Assembly: GCA_040954595.2 (NCBI GenBank)
Contig: CM082577.2
Location: 14,453,903 to 14,517,902, forward strand
Length of the DNA: 64,000 nucleotides
Reading direction: 5' to 3'
From: Balanoglossus misakiensis
Taxonomy: Eukaryota > Animalia > Hemichordata
Shown piece by piece: positions 11,100-21,966 of the stretch (within the stretch, counting starts at the first letter, position 1; each line of letters begins with the position of its first letter). The translations under genes were made by a program, and so were the position numbers. The notes beneath the pieces are model-generated. The model did no database searches, was not told the DNA's origin, and saw only the letters and a list, made by a program, of their open reading frames with translations.

Positions 11100-11387
11100 A
11101 TGGATTGCTGTCGGCCAGACCAGAAAATCATCACAAACACATGCTGTCAGTGTGGTCACCTGGCGTTGTCACCATGCGAGTGTTTTTGCCAAGTGTGTGA
11201 TAAATGTACGTGTATCTATCGAGATATCAGACATGGTGTTGAAGAAGGCACTCTGTGTACTTGCTGTAAAGAATTACTGTATAACTGGTGTGCGTCCTGT
11301 TGGTCACCACTATGTCCACGCCACCGTGAATATGCAGAAAATGGTTTATTTTATTGTTGGGCTTGCAGCCAGAAGATACAAATATGA
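11100..11387 (+). CDS. Small Cys-rich zinc-binding protein (B-box-like)
   Basis: 95 aa with many CxxC pairs, e.g. CASCWSPLCPRH...YCWAC. AATAAA at ~11415. Confidence 0.55.
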   Translation: MDCCRPDQKIITNTCCQCGHLALSPCECFCQVCDKCTCIYRDIRHGVEEGTLCTCCKELLYNWCASCWSPLCPRHREYAENGLFYCWACSQKIQI

Positions 11388-12069
11388 TCATCGTCTTAAA
11401 GTATGAGTAGTATAAATAAACACGACGTATCATATATTAAATGTGTAATGTGTTCATATAACTCTCACCAATGAGTCCGCCACAATTACACATCCAACAC
11501 ATTCAATACCCACTGTGTAAACTCGCCGGTGTTTTGTGTATACGAACGGGTTAAACGTATTAAAGGTAAATGAGCTTAACCTGGATAAAAATATTAAAGT
11601 GTTAAATAACCTCATATATGCTTTTAATTATGTCTATTAAATGATATTTCATGATAATATATCAAGCTCAACACTTATTTACGACAAAACGGTCAAAACT
11701 AAAAGAAAGACTAAAATTCCTGCAATTTTTTTTAAAAAGGTGCAATATTGCAATGAAAAGGGATTAAGATATAATGTCTCAGCGATGTACATTTGCTTCC
11801 ATGATCTCTAGTGGATGAGATCATGTCTGTTTATGAAGTTTGAATATTTAATTATTGCAAACATGTATACCATTGCACCTGCAGAGTGTAGTAGCATTAT
11901 ATACATAGTCAATCAAAGAAAAAAATACGCCGAATTGGTTAATTTCATATCGCTTGTTTATTTTTATTTGTTTTCTACACACACAAAAAGCACACTCATA
12001 TTTTGCCAATAACAACTGCTTAGATGAGTTTCCACAGACCCGTGTTCATTCTATCGCGACGTGCTAAAA

Positions 12070-15000
12070 TTAGTGGTTTAACCGCGCGCGTTTTCTCACA
12101 GGTTGCGGGTGTACCTGTTCAGACGTCACCTTGTCCGATCCCCATCCAAACGCTCTATATTTGTCACGTCTGACAATCACTCTTTCAGCTATCATGCGGT
12201 TAAGTTCGGCCAAGAATACAGTCACGCTTTCACATTTTGTTTCAAGATGCTTGATAGTCGAGTCCGCAACAAGACTCACGTATGCCTTTCTTTTTGACAC
12301 GTGACCATTTTCGAGGACTATGCGATCCGCTTCGTGTTCAGCCAACCAGTGCCCTACGACATCACCTCGGATAGCAACAATAGTCGGGTTATCGGAACTC
12401 GCGTGTTTGTAAGGATTAGTGCATGAATATTGTGGGAGTTGTCCGCCAATTCTATCCACAAAATCGTCCATACTGAGCGTGTCAAACATATACAGAGGAT
12501 TACTTGCTTGGAACTCCTTTGTCCTATCCACATACACAATACTCTTCCGGTCTGTCATGTTGGAGAATATGGTTTTCTCTATGACATTTTTTATGATGGA
12601 TTCTCTCGAATTGGCTATGAGCCGAACGTCTATTTTATTGAGGCACAAGAGACTGACATAAGCCTCTGTGGTCGACGTCGTCCCAGAAAAATGTAAACAG
12701 CGCATGGAAGTGTCCACGGTTGTCTCCACATTATAAAATTCGGCAGGTAGTACATCTGTCTGGATACAGAAGTAATCATTGATACATTCTTTCTCTAATG
12801 CGCATTGTCTGCGGACACGCGCAACTCTTGGCAATAAATCGTACATAGGGCAGAAAATAGACCAATGAATTGCACTATATCCGGGTTTGTTCAGAGTCCG
12901 GACTAGGACTGTCGATCCGTGTGTTTTGCTTTCTAATGTTCGGAATGCCATTTGCTGCAATAGACGCAAAGTCCCTGGATTGCCAAACGTGATTAACAGG
13001 AATCCATCATCAGTAACATTCGGAGACGACCCATCAAAACTTCGAAGCGTTTCAAGAACTTTATAATGCAAGTACCTCAAACGCGTTTCGTACAAATCAC
13101 AGCTTGCCTCCACCCTTATAGAACAATTAGGCATACTCGTGCCATCTTCCTCACTGGGGTCAAATTGGGCTGACGTGTAATGAAAATTTTCCAAATCCTC
13201 CCCAGAACAATCCTTAGTGTGAGCTCTTGATGGTGTCAGATAATGCAGAAATGCAATTGCTCTCGAGGCATTATCATTCACCCATAGTTCGACCATACTG
13301 TCCGCAACGACTGCGTCTGAGATATCACCTTGGTCAATGATCGAAAATAGTTTCGCGGACAAAGTTGACATTTTTTCGCTATGCTCGCTGACAAACACTT
13401 CGGCCGCGTACGGTGCAAGAAACAATAACCGTTGACACACCTGTTTACCTCGACTTACATTACGACCGTCGTTACCTCCATCGGTCACTACCTTGTATAC
13501 TTGCTTACCTTTGAATTTCATGTTGCTCATGGACACCAGAGCATCTCTGCATCTCTTATTAGCGAGACCCGTAGTTCGTTCTAATTTTTGGATAAAGATT
13601 TCCTCGTTTGTGAAACATAACCGAAAATAAGTGCAGCCGTTGTCAATTTCTGTATCCTTTGTTGGGTCAATAGCATTCGCATCTGTAACTAGGAATTTGG
13701 CTACCATCCGATCCTGTTGCAAAAATTGATAATGAATTGAAAATGCCGTAATAACATCCGCTGGGTCTGGCGTCTTTTCTATGCAAACTTCGTCGTGTAT
13801 CTCGTGCGCCGGGGTTTTGCCGAGATGATCGACGTGTGCTTTCACTATCTTATCGAATTGCAATTGATCGAACAACTCTTTTCGTTCATTTACTTCTAAT
13901 GATAGGTTTTGCCAAACCTCGATCGAGGGACAACCATAGACTTTAACAATTGCGAATATTTCTGCCAAGACGATCGCCATTTCGAAAATTCTACCTCTAC
14001 TTCTCATGTCATTTCTTAGGCCATAGAGAATACCCAAATCTTCGCATACATCAGCTAATCTATTCCAAGTTACGATCATCGCCCTGTAGTCTATCGGGTG
14101 TTCGTTTAAGGTCCTCCGTGGAAATAACCCTACCTCTTCGATACGAGCATTCTCCATAATGAGGTGCCGTATTGCCCCATAGAGTTGCGGGATACACAAC
14201 TCTTCTACTTTGAATTCTAGAGTATCCGCCTCGGAGGGGACTACGGTCGCGTTATGTTGTGGCACATCAAAAGTGACCATCCGACTGTCTAGTGACTGAC
14301 AAATGTTTTTTTCGTTGGCCGCCATAAAGACTGCATAGTCGCAGATGTTATTCGTTTCTACGTTGATGTGTGAGGTGTGCCCTGTAACGGGATTGGTGAC
14401 AGACTCAACTCTCATGGAACGCGTAATACCAGAGTCTAACTGTTCTTTCATCGTGGCACTCTCGGCCGATTGTTCAGATAAGAGGGGATTGTTTCGATCA
14501 TTCGAGGAGCCAACCACAAACTCAGGATTGAAGCATACCTTTTTGGACAAATCTCTACTTTGCGGTACAAGGCATGACTTTTTCGAGCGGTAATTGATCA
14601 CAAAAGAGTAATCCTTTCCGATTATTGCCTGTGCTACAGCCATAAGCCTCGACTTACCGGCGCCAGGTGGACCGAGAAACAGCCCATGAAATGACATGGA
14701 CTTGTGAGGTTTAAGTTGCTTAATTCCAGACAGTAATATGTATAGTACTTCGACGATTGTATGGCGCGTGCCAGTTGCGGTGGAAATCAACTGCAAGAAA
14801 TTGAATAGGAACTGATATCCAATGTTTAAAGAGCGATCTCGATCGTATATGATGGGTATCCATTTTCCTGTCTTTTTAGATGACATGGCATTGAGACATC
14901 GCGACGCAAAGCCAGAAGTGGGATCGAACCATTTGACGCTATCCCTATACGAATTTTGGATGGCCTCGGCGATTTGTAATCGACCTGACTGATGGAGACT

Positions 15001-16365
15001 CATGTATATTGCGTAGTAGGACGATTTGAGTCTTTCTTGCGAGTACGATTCCGGGGTACATCCTAAGGATTCCAAGACTGTTTTTACAGTGACGATGCCA
15101 TTATTTTTGACTCTATATGCAGTATCTGAAAACTGATCGTTCAAATTGTCGGGCGTTACTGCGTAAAGATGCGTGATCGATTTGGATTCTTTCGTTTCGT
15201 TGTCTGTCATGCTAGCAACAAGTGCCTGCGTAGAACGGAAAGGTCTGAGAGAGGGGAAGTAATGTTCCAAAAAATATGTGGGTTGCCACATCTCAACGCC
15301 CAATTCCCATGTAGGAAATTGTAACATTTCTTTGGCTGCCTGCCAATGTGGGTGTATCTTCAACCGCACATCCATATCGTCGGCTGGCGTGTCATATTCC
15401 TCTTCGTCGCTGTCACAACCATTTCCGTCTATTAACAACCGTAGGCGCGCGTCTGCTTGACAATCACTTTCTACCCGTAGTTGAGTGACCAACTGTGCTA
15501 TGTCTCTGTTTCGCCCAAACCGACGCGTTGAATAATTCAGAAGGTAATCGGGAGACAGCAATTGTTCTCTCCGTGCCCACGCAGACGTTGTGTCGGTTTC
15601 ACGCAATTTGCTGGTCATCTCCGATATGCTGTTCAAATTTTCGTCGGTGAACCTGAAAAAATGATAGAGCTCAATGGCTTTGTCAAAGTCACTCAGGCGA
15701 TAGATTTTCGGCATCTTCTTGGCTGCTTCTGAAATATCTCTTACTTTAGTCAATCGCTTAGTACCTGACCCTGTCTCCATATCAAATAAAGCCATACACA
15801 ACGGATCTTGTGTCATCTTTTTGCATACCATGTCTTTCATGTCATCATACTCGAAAGGGTTCATATCACAGTCCTCGACACTTTCGTGCTTACTTTGCTG
15901 TTTAATATAGAATGGTTGTATATCCAATGGAATAAAGTCAGACTGGAGCATCTGATGATACATCCGATAAGAATTGGATATCATCAACATATCCTCCACT
16001 ACACAACGCAATGTTCCCCCTTTCTGATTGGCGTGAATATCTTCATAGACTAACCAGAAAATATAACTATAAGGGTCTAAATTATTCACCACCACTCCAG
16101 TTCCGCAGATATCAACGATTGAACACGCGATAAACGCTTTTCCACCGAGACACTTTACGTGGTTTCCGATACGAAATAAGGTCTGAAGTAGTGTATATAT
16201 ATACGGATTACAACCAAGGAGTGATTTATTGGGGCATTCCAAATCAGCCAGTTCTACAACTAGGCACTTTGTTGAGATCCCAATCCATTTTGTCCACTCC
16301 AGTTGTTCAGGTTTCTTGATCAACCGAGTCGGCCGTATTTCACAGGGCAATAGCCTCTTTTCCAT
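12070..16365 (-). CDS. Large AAA+ ATPase, MCM-like putative replicative helicase
   Basis: Walker A LFLGPPGAGKS, TMKEQLDSG (like MCM LHEAMEQQ), sensor-1-like VFMAAN, Arg-finger-like SLDSRM (MCM LLSRF), sensor-2-like MRSRGRIFEMA. C-terminal NLS RKRAR. Confidence 0.7.
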   Translation of the reverse strand: MEKRLLPCEIRPTRLIKKPEQLEWTKWIGISTKCLVVELADLECPNKSLLGCNPYIYTLLQTLFRIGNHVKCLGGKAFIACSIVDICGTGVVVNNLDPYSYIFWLVYEDIHANQKGGTLRCVVEDMLMISNSYRMYHQMLQSDFIPLDIQPFYIKQQSKHESVEDCDMNPFEYDDMKDMVCKKMTQDPLCMALFDMETGSGTKRLTKVRDISEAAKKMPKIYRLSDFDKAIELYHFFRFTDENLNSISEMTSKLRETDTTSAWARREQLLSPDYLLNYSTRRFGRNRDIAQLVTQLRVESDCQADARLRLLIDGNGCDSDEEEYDTPADDMDVRLKIHPHWQAAKEMLQFPTWELGVEMWQPTYFLEHYFPSLRPFRSTQALVASMTDNETKESKSITHLYAVTPDNLNDQFSDTAYRVKNNGIVTVKTVLESLGCTPESYSQERLKSSYYAIYMSLHQSGRLQIAEAIQNSYRDSVKWFDPTSGFASRCLNAMSSKKTGKWIPIIYDRDRSLNIGYQFLFNFLQLISTATGTRHTIVEVLYILLSGIKQLKPHKSMSFHGLFLGPPGAGKSRLMAVAQAIIGKDYSFVINYRSKKSCLVPQSRDLSKKVCFNPEFVVGSSNDRNNPLLSEQSAESATMKEQLDSGITRSMRVESVTNPVTGHTSHINVETNNICDYAVFMAANEKNICQSLDSRMVTFDVPQHNATVVPSEADTLEFKVEELCIPQLYGAIRHLIMENARIEEVGLFPRRTLNEHPIDYRAMIVTWNRLADVCEDLGILYGLRNDMRSRGRIFEMAIVLAEIFAIVKVYGCPSIEVWQNLSLEVNERKELFDQLQFDKIVKAHVDHLGKTPAHEIHDEVCIEKTPDPADVITAFSIHYQFLQQDRMVAKFLVTDANAIDPTKDTEIDNGCTYFRLCFTNEEIFIQKLERTTGLANKRCRDALVSMSNMKFKGKQVYKVVTDGGNDGRNVSRGKQVCQRLLFLAPYAAEVFVSEHSEKMSTLSAKLFSIIDQGDISDAVVADSMVELWVNDNASRAIAFLHYLTPSRAHTKDCSGEDLENFHYTSAQFDPSEEDGTSMPNCSIRVEASCDLYETRLRYLHYKVLETLRSFDGSSPNVTDDGFLLITFGNPGTLRLLQQMAFRTLESKTHGSTVLVRTLNKPGYSAIHWSIFCPMYDLLPRVARVRRQCALEKECINDYFCIQTDVLPAEFYNVETTVDTSMRCLHFSGTTSTTEAYVSLLCLNKIDVRLIANSRESIIKNVIEKTIFSNMTDRKSIVYVDRTKEFQASNPLYMFDTLSMDDFVDRIGGQLPQYSCTNPYKHASSDNPTIVAIRGDVVGHWLAEHEADRIVLENGHVSKRKAYVSLVADSTIKHLETKCESVTVFLAELNRMIAERVIVRRDKYRAFGWGSDKVTSEQVHPQPVRKRARLNH

Positions 16366-16477
16366 GCTGATGAGCGATTGTCACTTGACTATTGGTGAAC
16401 AAACATTTATAATCGATCAAGGAAATGGCGCGGTAAATAACCATACACATTCGTCTTTTGTTTGCGTCTGCTAAGTC

Positions 16478-17932
16478 ATGGCATGGACAAAAACTCTGGC
16501 AACGTCTGTGTATACGCCAATCGAGTGCTCTGACCCAGTACAAATCAACGAGTTTCAGTTTAATGGGCGGGCCACTAGACAAAAAGTCAGGTATATGAAC
16601 TCATGTAATGTACAGCTGCGAGAACGTGCCCCAAAACAATTGGAATTTGCCCAGAGTTATGCCTTGATGGAACCCCCACCTACATCGAGTAATTTGGGGG
16701 ATTGGTTATGCCTAGGTCTGGATACACCGCGAGAGATTATGATTGTAGCTTCTTCGGTGGCACCTTCGTCAGATAGTGCCTCCAGCGCAAGACAGTATAC
16801 TCTGTTTACGACGTCGGAATTGGATAGCGCGGTTCATCTACAATTATTTCCTGACTATAGTGAAGTATTTAATTCGAAACTGGTTGTTACATGCATCCCA
16901 ATCGATGTTGACTCTGACACGAATCGTGGTGAAAATGTATTAAAGTCTATGCTTTCATACGTAAGACTGTTTATGCAACAGGAAATGAAGCAGATAAGTC
17001 GAGAGAGTCTACCGAACCTAAGTGATTGGCCTATGTATGTGTACATGAGCGACACAACCGACAAACTGTCTCTTCATTTATACCAACATCTTCCTTGTAA
17101 TATAGTCTTTGCTAATATATCTGAAGTTAAGACATTTATTGACAACGTAAAAAGGCGCATCGCTGATCACAGCCAAGCGCGTAGTATTCTTGGAGAAGAG
17201 TACATACAGTACCAGGGTGAAAAATGCATCCGAAACATTCACACAGGTAAATTTGAACGGGGTGGCGAAACATCCATACACACAGTCCCCTTTGGTACTC
17301 GAGTGTATTATCAGGAATTTATTGACAGTGGTATATACTGCCCGAACAAAAGCCTTCGACTGCCGTTTTGTTACAAGAAAAACACGGCTGGAGATGACCC
17401 TCACAAGCGACTAATGCCCTTGACTGTTTTGTGCAATATACACAGCAATGTCCGCCAAGATCAGGTTTACAAAGTCACTACAGCCCTGGTCCACTATCCA
17501 CACGATACAAGTGCATTAGCGGGCGCGAATGATCTGTCTGAACTTAAGTATACAACGACTTCGTGGCAAAAGGAAGGAGTATGGGTCCCCAGCAACATAC
17601 ACATTAGTGTAGAAGAAGAAAGAACATTAGTTCATCAAATCATTTCGTTTTTACGGAAGGAATTTTCACTGAACATACATACCTGGACAGCTCATTTCAA
17701 GTCGGGAAGATATCTCTATTTTGATACCAACAACACATTCTGTCCTCGGGTGAACTACTCTCACAAACAAGCTAAACAGTATTTTAAATGGGATCACTGC
17801 ACACAAACGCTGACTCAACAGTGTTGGGCATCCAAATGTGAAAATATACCATTAATAGGCGACGTTTGTAAAAAGTTTACAGTGCGAACAAGAGATACAC
17901 CTTCTCGCAGGAAACGAAAACTAGCACCATAG
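16478..17932 (+). CDS. Archaeo-eukaryotic primase of PrimPol/herpes UL52 type with C-terminal zinc finger
   Basis: Motif I PIDVD, motif II KLSLHLY, motif III IDSGIY..NKSLRLPFCYK, Zn finger CPRVNYSH...QQCWASKC, NLS RRKRK. Confidence 0.85.
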   Translation: MAWTKTLATSVYTPIECSDPVQINEFQFNGRATRQKVRYMNSCNVQLRERAPKQLEFAQSYALMEPPPTSSNLGDWLCLGLDTPREIMIVASSVAPSSDSASSARQYTLFTTSELDSAVHLQLFPDYSEVFNSKLVVTCIPIDVDSDTNRGENVLKSMLSYVRLFMQQEMKQISRESLPNLSDWPMYVYMSDTTDKLSLHLYQHLPCNIVFANISEVKTFIDNVKRRIADHSQARSILGEEYIQYQGEKCIRNIHTGKFERGGETSIHTVPFGTRVYYQEFIDSGIYCPNKSLRLPFCYKKNTAGDDPHKRLMPLTVLCNIHSNVRQDQVYKVTTALVHYPHDTSALAGANDLSELKYTTTSWQKEGVWVPSNIHISVEEERTLVHQIISFLRKEFSLNIHTWTAHFKSGRYLYFDTNNTFCPRVNYSHKQAKQYFKWDHCTQTLTQQCWASKCENIPLIGDVCKKFTVRTRDTPSRRKRKLAP

Positions 17933-18301
17933 GCGACGTTTGTAAAAAGTTTACAGTGCGAACAAGAGATACACCTTCTCGCAGGAAACGAAAACTAGCA
18001 CCATAGGCGACGTTTGTAAAAAGTTTACAGTGCGAACAAGAGATACACCTTCTCGCAGGAAACGAAAACTAGCACCATAGGCGACGTTTGTAAAAAGTTT
18101 ACAGTGCGAACAAGAGATACACCTTCTCGCAGGAAACGAAAACTAGCACCATAGGCGACGTTTGTAAAAAGTTTACAGTGCGAACAAGAGATACACCTTC
18201 TCGCAGGAAACGAAAACTCGCACCATAGGCGACGTTTGTAAAAAGTTTACAGTGCGAACAAGAGATACACCTTCTCGCAGGAAACGAAAACTAGCACCAT
18301 A
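17855..18301. repeat. Six tandem 74-bp copies of the primase 3' end
   Basis: Unit ataggcgacgtttgtaaaaag...gaaaactagcacc at 17855, 17929, 18003, 18077, 18151 and 18225. Confidence 0.95.
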
Positions 18302-18308
18302 TATATAT

Positions 18309-18905
18309 ATGGACAGCTTAACAATCGCACTGAGACAAGCCTTAGTAGATTTAATATGTGAACTGGCTGACGAAGATGAAAAATCTTTAATACGCCAAAA
18401 ACTGGGGGCGGGTCACATAACCACGCCATGTAATCGTCGCCTGCGCGCATTTTATGTCAATCACTTTTCCAGGATACATACTGACATGATAAAAATGACT
18501 GTCAGAGACACCGTCCTCGCTTTCTCTAGTCAAGACGACGACGAGATTATTGGTCACATAGTGTATACACGAAAATTGGTTACAGGTAAAGTCAAGAGTA
18601 CCGCGGCGGCTATAGTATGTTCAATTTGTAATAGCAACGACACAGAGGTCTTGTACCTGAACGTCCATCAGGCTGTCGCGTTCCTATATATTGCTCATGT
18701 GTGTTTGTGGTTTCATCGTCTGGCTTGCATTCACCCTACGTGGAATCACCATAGGGTCGAGGGGCTAGTTACTGCGTTTGTAAGCGATTTACTGCAACAT
18801 GGAACTACATCGAAAACACCGCTTGGAAATATCGCCGGATACGTGTGCATGGTCGCGTCGTTCACCGCTGTATGTGTCTTGTTGAGATGGAAATTTTATA
18901 GATAA
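18309..18905 (+). CDS. Tail-anchored helical protein, possibly Bcl-2-like
   Basis: 198 aa. LNVHQAVAFLYIA loosely resembles BH1 (VNWGRIVAFF). C-terminal TM IAGYVCMVASFTAVCVLL is followed by basic RWKFYR. Confidence 0.45.
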   Translation: MDSLTIALRQALVDLICELADEDEKSLIRQKLGAGHITTPCNRRLRAFYVNHFSRIHTDMIKMTVRDTVLAFSSQDDDEIIGHIVYTRKLVTGKVKSTAAAIVCSICNSNDTEVLYLNVHQAVAFLYIAHVCLWFHRLACIHPTWNHHRVEGLVTAFVSDLLQHGTTSKTPLGNIAGYVCMVASFTAVCVLLRWKFYR

Positions 18906-18927
18906 CTTGGTAAAATATGAGTCTTAC

Positions 18928-19189
18928 CACAGGGATTTATTCAGGGAACTCTGCCTACCGCCTGACCTTCTACCTTGCTATACTTGTCTAGTAAGGCAAG
19001 TAGGCGGTCAGCTGGAGGGGTCAGGCGGTAGGAAGAGTTCACCAAAAGAGGGCGCATTTTATCATCCATTGTTTATAATGTGTTGTGTATGAGCAGAGAA
19101 GCCTCAGACAGAAGAGTTGACCGACAACAAATTTATTCAGTTTATATCATATACTTCTTACTTAAACGTTCCCTGAATAAATCCCTGTG
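18928..19189. mobile_element. MITE with CACAG termini and 7-bp TSD (P-element-like)
   Basis: GTCTTAC|CACAGGGATTTATTCAGGGAAC ... GTTCCCTGAATAAATCCCTGTG|GTCTTAC: 22-bp TIR plus an internal inverted repeat at ~18946-19040. Confidence 0.85.
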
Positions 19190-19368
19190 GTCTTACTCTG
19201 TCACAACTAGAAATAAATAAAATCATGTACTGAACATCATTCTCATAGCGTTTCAGTTAATTTGATATGAATCGAATATAAGCGAGGGTCACAATAGGAA
19301 TGTGCTACATATTTTATTAGTACACAATATGCAACATTAATTCAAGAACGGTACTCTTCAGTGAATAT

Positions 19369-21966
19369 TCACGTTACAATTAAATATCTAGTTCTCACTA
19401 CTCGGCTTAGTATTGACGACTTATCCGCACTCCATTCCCCGTCAGACATATTAAAATTCAAGTTAGCATATTTTGGTTCAAAATGAACACAATCGGGGGG
19501 TGTCCAATGCAGACAGGAATATACATATTCCATCATACTCGGTGCACAACCTAGCATACAATGTAAAATGTCACTACTGGGTCTTAAACCAGATACCATT
19601 ACTTGATTCCCACCCTGTGTCATTTCATATACAGTTCCTATAACTTTTAATGACTGGACAGACCATAAGGGCAACTCTGTTATGTGATGGTTGTTGGATT
19701 TCAGAACAACCTGTAGAGTCCCGTTGACCACGGACACAGACGATGATACGAACGAGTCGACAATAGTCTCTATGGTACACATATCTGTGCTTGCTGATTC
19801 TGTTAGCGTGGTTGGGGTTGTAGGAACTACAGGGGAATATGTTGGTATTTGTTGGGAACATTGATCATTTGTGAGACCAAAGGTACGGAAGGTATTCGAA
19901 CCACATATAAGCTGTTGACTTGAACAATCACAATTACACCTTGTCACTGTACAATTATAGAGCGTTCCTCCCCAAAAAGTTGTGCATAGGTGGAAATATG
20001 CGCAATACTCTCGGGGAGTTGTAGTCGACGCGCATGCGCATTTATACGTGGATGGTTGGCATACAGGGACTTCATGTATAAACCGGTTATCCCATTGCAC
20101 ACATTCGCGATCCGGAAGTTGTTGAGTATCGCTACAACGTCCAACTTCCATGTCGTAGATCAAACACTCTGGTGAATCTGGTGTTGTGCAGTTCATTGAC
20201 ATAGTAGCTGTGCCCACATCCTTACAGTCTAATACGGGGTCACGGCTATCTGCGCAATCGCATTCGCAAAGGTAGCTCCGACACGCTATGTTCCAATCAT
20301 TGGTTCTGTTTGACACGCGGTTACAGTTGTTTCTTAACAAACAGTGACTAGTTTCGTTACAAGGGCACTTGTGGTTGTTAGAACATAGCGGATATGTGTG
20401 GAACGTTGTTTCACGAAACCACGATTGACAAGGTGTGGATGCAACGTGTATGTCGCAAGAATCACCGGTCAAGCGACGATCATTACATATGCAACCACTA
20501 AAAATGTCATCTTCTTCATTACGGCGTGTAACACTTCGTCCTTCTCCGTGCCATTTAGTGAAAGGGTGTGGAGGCGGACACATACGGCCCGAAACGCGAT
20601 ATTGACGCCTCGCACCCAATATCTCATCATCCACGGCCGGGTGACATAAGGGTAGTATTTTGGGATCATTTGTACACGTTAATTTACGCGTAATACAATC
20701 ACACGCGCACGGGACAAAGGTACAATATCTATCGCCATTCCTATTGAGTAATTGTGAGCAGATAATTTCCATGTGGCAAGTTTCAGAGGCCACACCTTTT
20801 GTTCTGCAGGCACACATATGATTAGAATTCATTTTACAAACTATATCATCCTGAACATTTCCATCGATGCAACTAAATTTGCACCGTTTTGCTTGTGTGT
20901 CCCACGTGCTTAAGTCGCAGACGGGCTCAATATCGGCCATACACCGGGTACTGATCACGCCTCTCCCGTAGACTTCTGTTTGGGTAGTACACTCTTTAGT
21001 CTGGCAGTCGCAGTGGCATAACTCCGCGCTGCAACTGATGACCCTCCCTCTCCAATGAGACACACATTTATTGAGATATCTACAAGTCTGTAAAACGACA
21101 GTGGCATTGTCACACCGACAAGGTACATCAGATAACGGGCACTTTTGTCCACGCCTGTCGGGCCATGCATGGGTACCTGGAGAGGCTGTTTTGCAGTAAG
21201 TTCGTTGATTTTGACAATTACATTTACATGAGTAGCTATCGCATTGCCTAGACCCGTTAACCATGGAACACCTCTGTGTTGGTCTATTACACAACACCTG
21301 ATGTGGGGGTGCAGCAGTCCCGCACGTGCATTGACTGCTGGTCGACCGACAATATGAGTCTTGCAGGTAATCTATATCCCAATTCACGCATGGTGGGCTG
21401 TTTGTAAGTGCGTCTTGTTGTTCACAATTATCATCATCTACATTGTATATCACACACTTTTTCGTAGTTTGGCAAGCGGATGTCATAAAGCCGGTTTCTG
21501 TCTTTGTACAATACAATAAAGGATATTGCAATTGTGTACAAGCACATCTGCATTCGAACATCTCACACTGAACGGACCACGCTGCACCTCTATCTACATA
21601 ACGACAATTCAATCGCAATAAACACCTATCGCTACTACCGCATGGACAGTGATCATCGTTGGTACACAGCGGGTACCTGTATACTTTTACCGTATTGTGC
21701 CACCTTTGGCAATGTGGTGATGGAAGATAGACATCGCAATAATCTCCTACTACGTATGGTTTGTCGCATAAACATCCAGCGAACGTCAGATCATGAGAAT
21801 TAACCATCGTAGCTATGCCTCTCCCGCCTTCCTCACCCCAACCGTGTACGTTGAGAGTTTGTTGGCAGGATATATCAAATGGTAAATGAAATTTTATCGT
21901 ATTAGCTACGGACAATGTTAATAGGTGAAAGAATACAGTAATTGTTTTAACCAGTGTGACAGTCAT
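19369..21966 (-). CDS. Secreted Cys-rich repeat protein (865 aa)
   Basis: Signal peptide, recurring C-x4-C-x-C-x-C modules, an internally duplicated half (FAGCLCD..GDYCD..C..W..YPLC vs FSGCICN..GDSCD..C..W..YPLC), Thr/Pro-rich linker, no clear TM. Confidence 0.8.
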   Translation of the reverse strand: MTVTLVKTITVFFHLLTLSVANTIKFHLPFDISCQQTLNVHGWGEEGGRGIATMVNSHDLTFAGCLCDKPYVVGDYCDVYLPSPHCQRWHNTVKVYRYPLCTNDDHCPCGSSDRCLLRLNCRYVDRGAAWSVQCEMFECRCACTQLQYPLLYCTKTETGFMTSACQTTKKCVIYNVDDDNCEQQDALTNSPPCVNWDIDYLQDSYCRSTSSQCTCGTAAPPHQVLCNRPTQRCSMVNGSRQCDSYSCKCNCQNQRTYCKTASPGTHAWPDRRGQKCPLSDVPCRCDNATVVLQTCRYLNKCVSHWRGRVISCSAELCHCDCQTKECTTQTEVYGRGVISTRCMADIEPVCDLSTWDTQAKRCKFSCIDGNVQDDIVCKMNSNHMCACRTKGVASETCHMEIICSQLLNRNGDRYCTFVPCACDCITRKLTCTNDPKILPLCHPAVDDEILGARRQYRVSGRMCPPPHPFTKWHGEGRSVTRRNEEDDIFSGCICNDRRLTGDSCDIHVASTPCQSWFRETTFHTYPLCSNNHKCPCNETSHCLLRNNCNRVSNRTNDWNIACRSYLCECDCADSRDPVLDCKDVGTATMSMNCTTPDSPECLIYDMEVGRCSDTQQLPDRECVQWDNRFIHEVPVCQPSTYKCACASTTTPREYCAYFHLCTTFWGGTLYNCTVTRCNCDCSSQQLICGSNTFRTFGLTNDQCSQQIPTYSPVVPTTPTTLTESASTDMCTIETIVDSFVSSSVSVVNGTLQVVLKSNNHHITELPLWSVQSLKVIGTVYEMTQGGNQVMVSGLRPSSDILHCMLGCAPSMMEYVYSCLHWTPPDCVHFEPKYANLNFNMSDGEWSADKSSILSRVVRTRYLIVT

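Noticed and set aside
11561-12010. AT-rich stretch starting TTAAAGGT, possible Kolobok-like element
   Set aside because: No matching inverted right end found.
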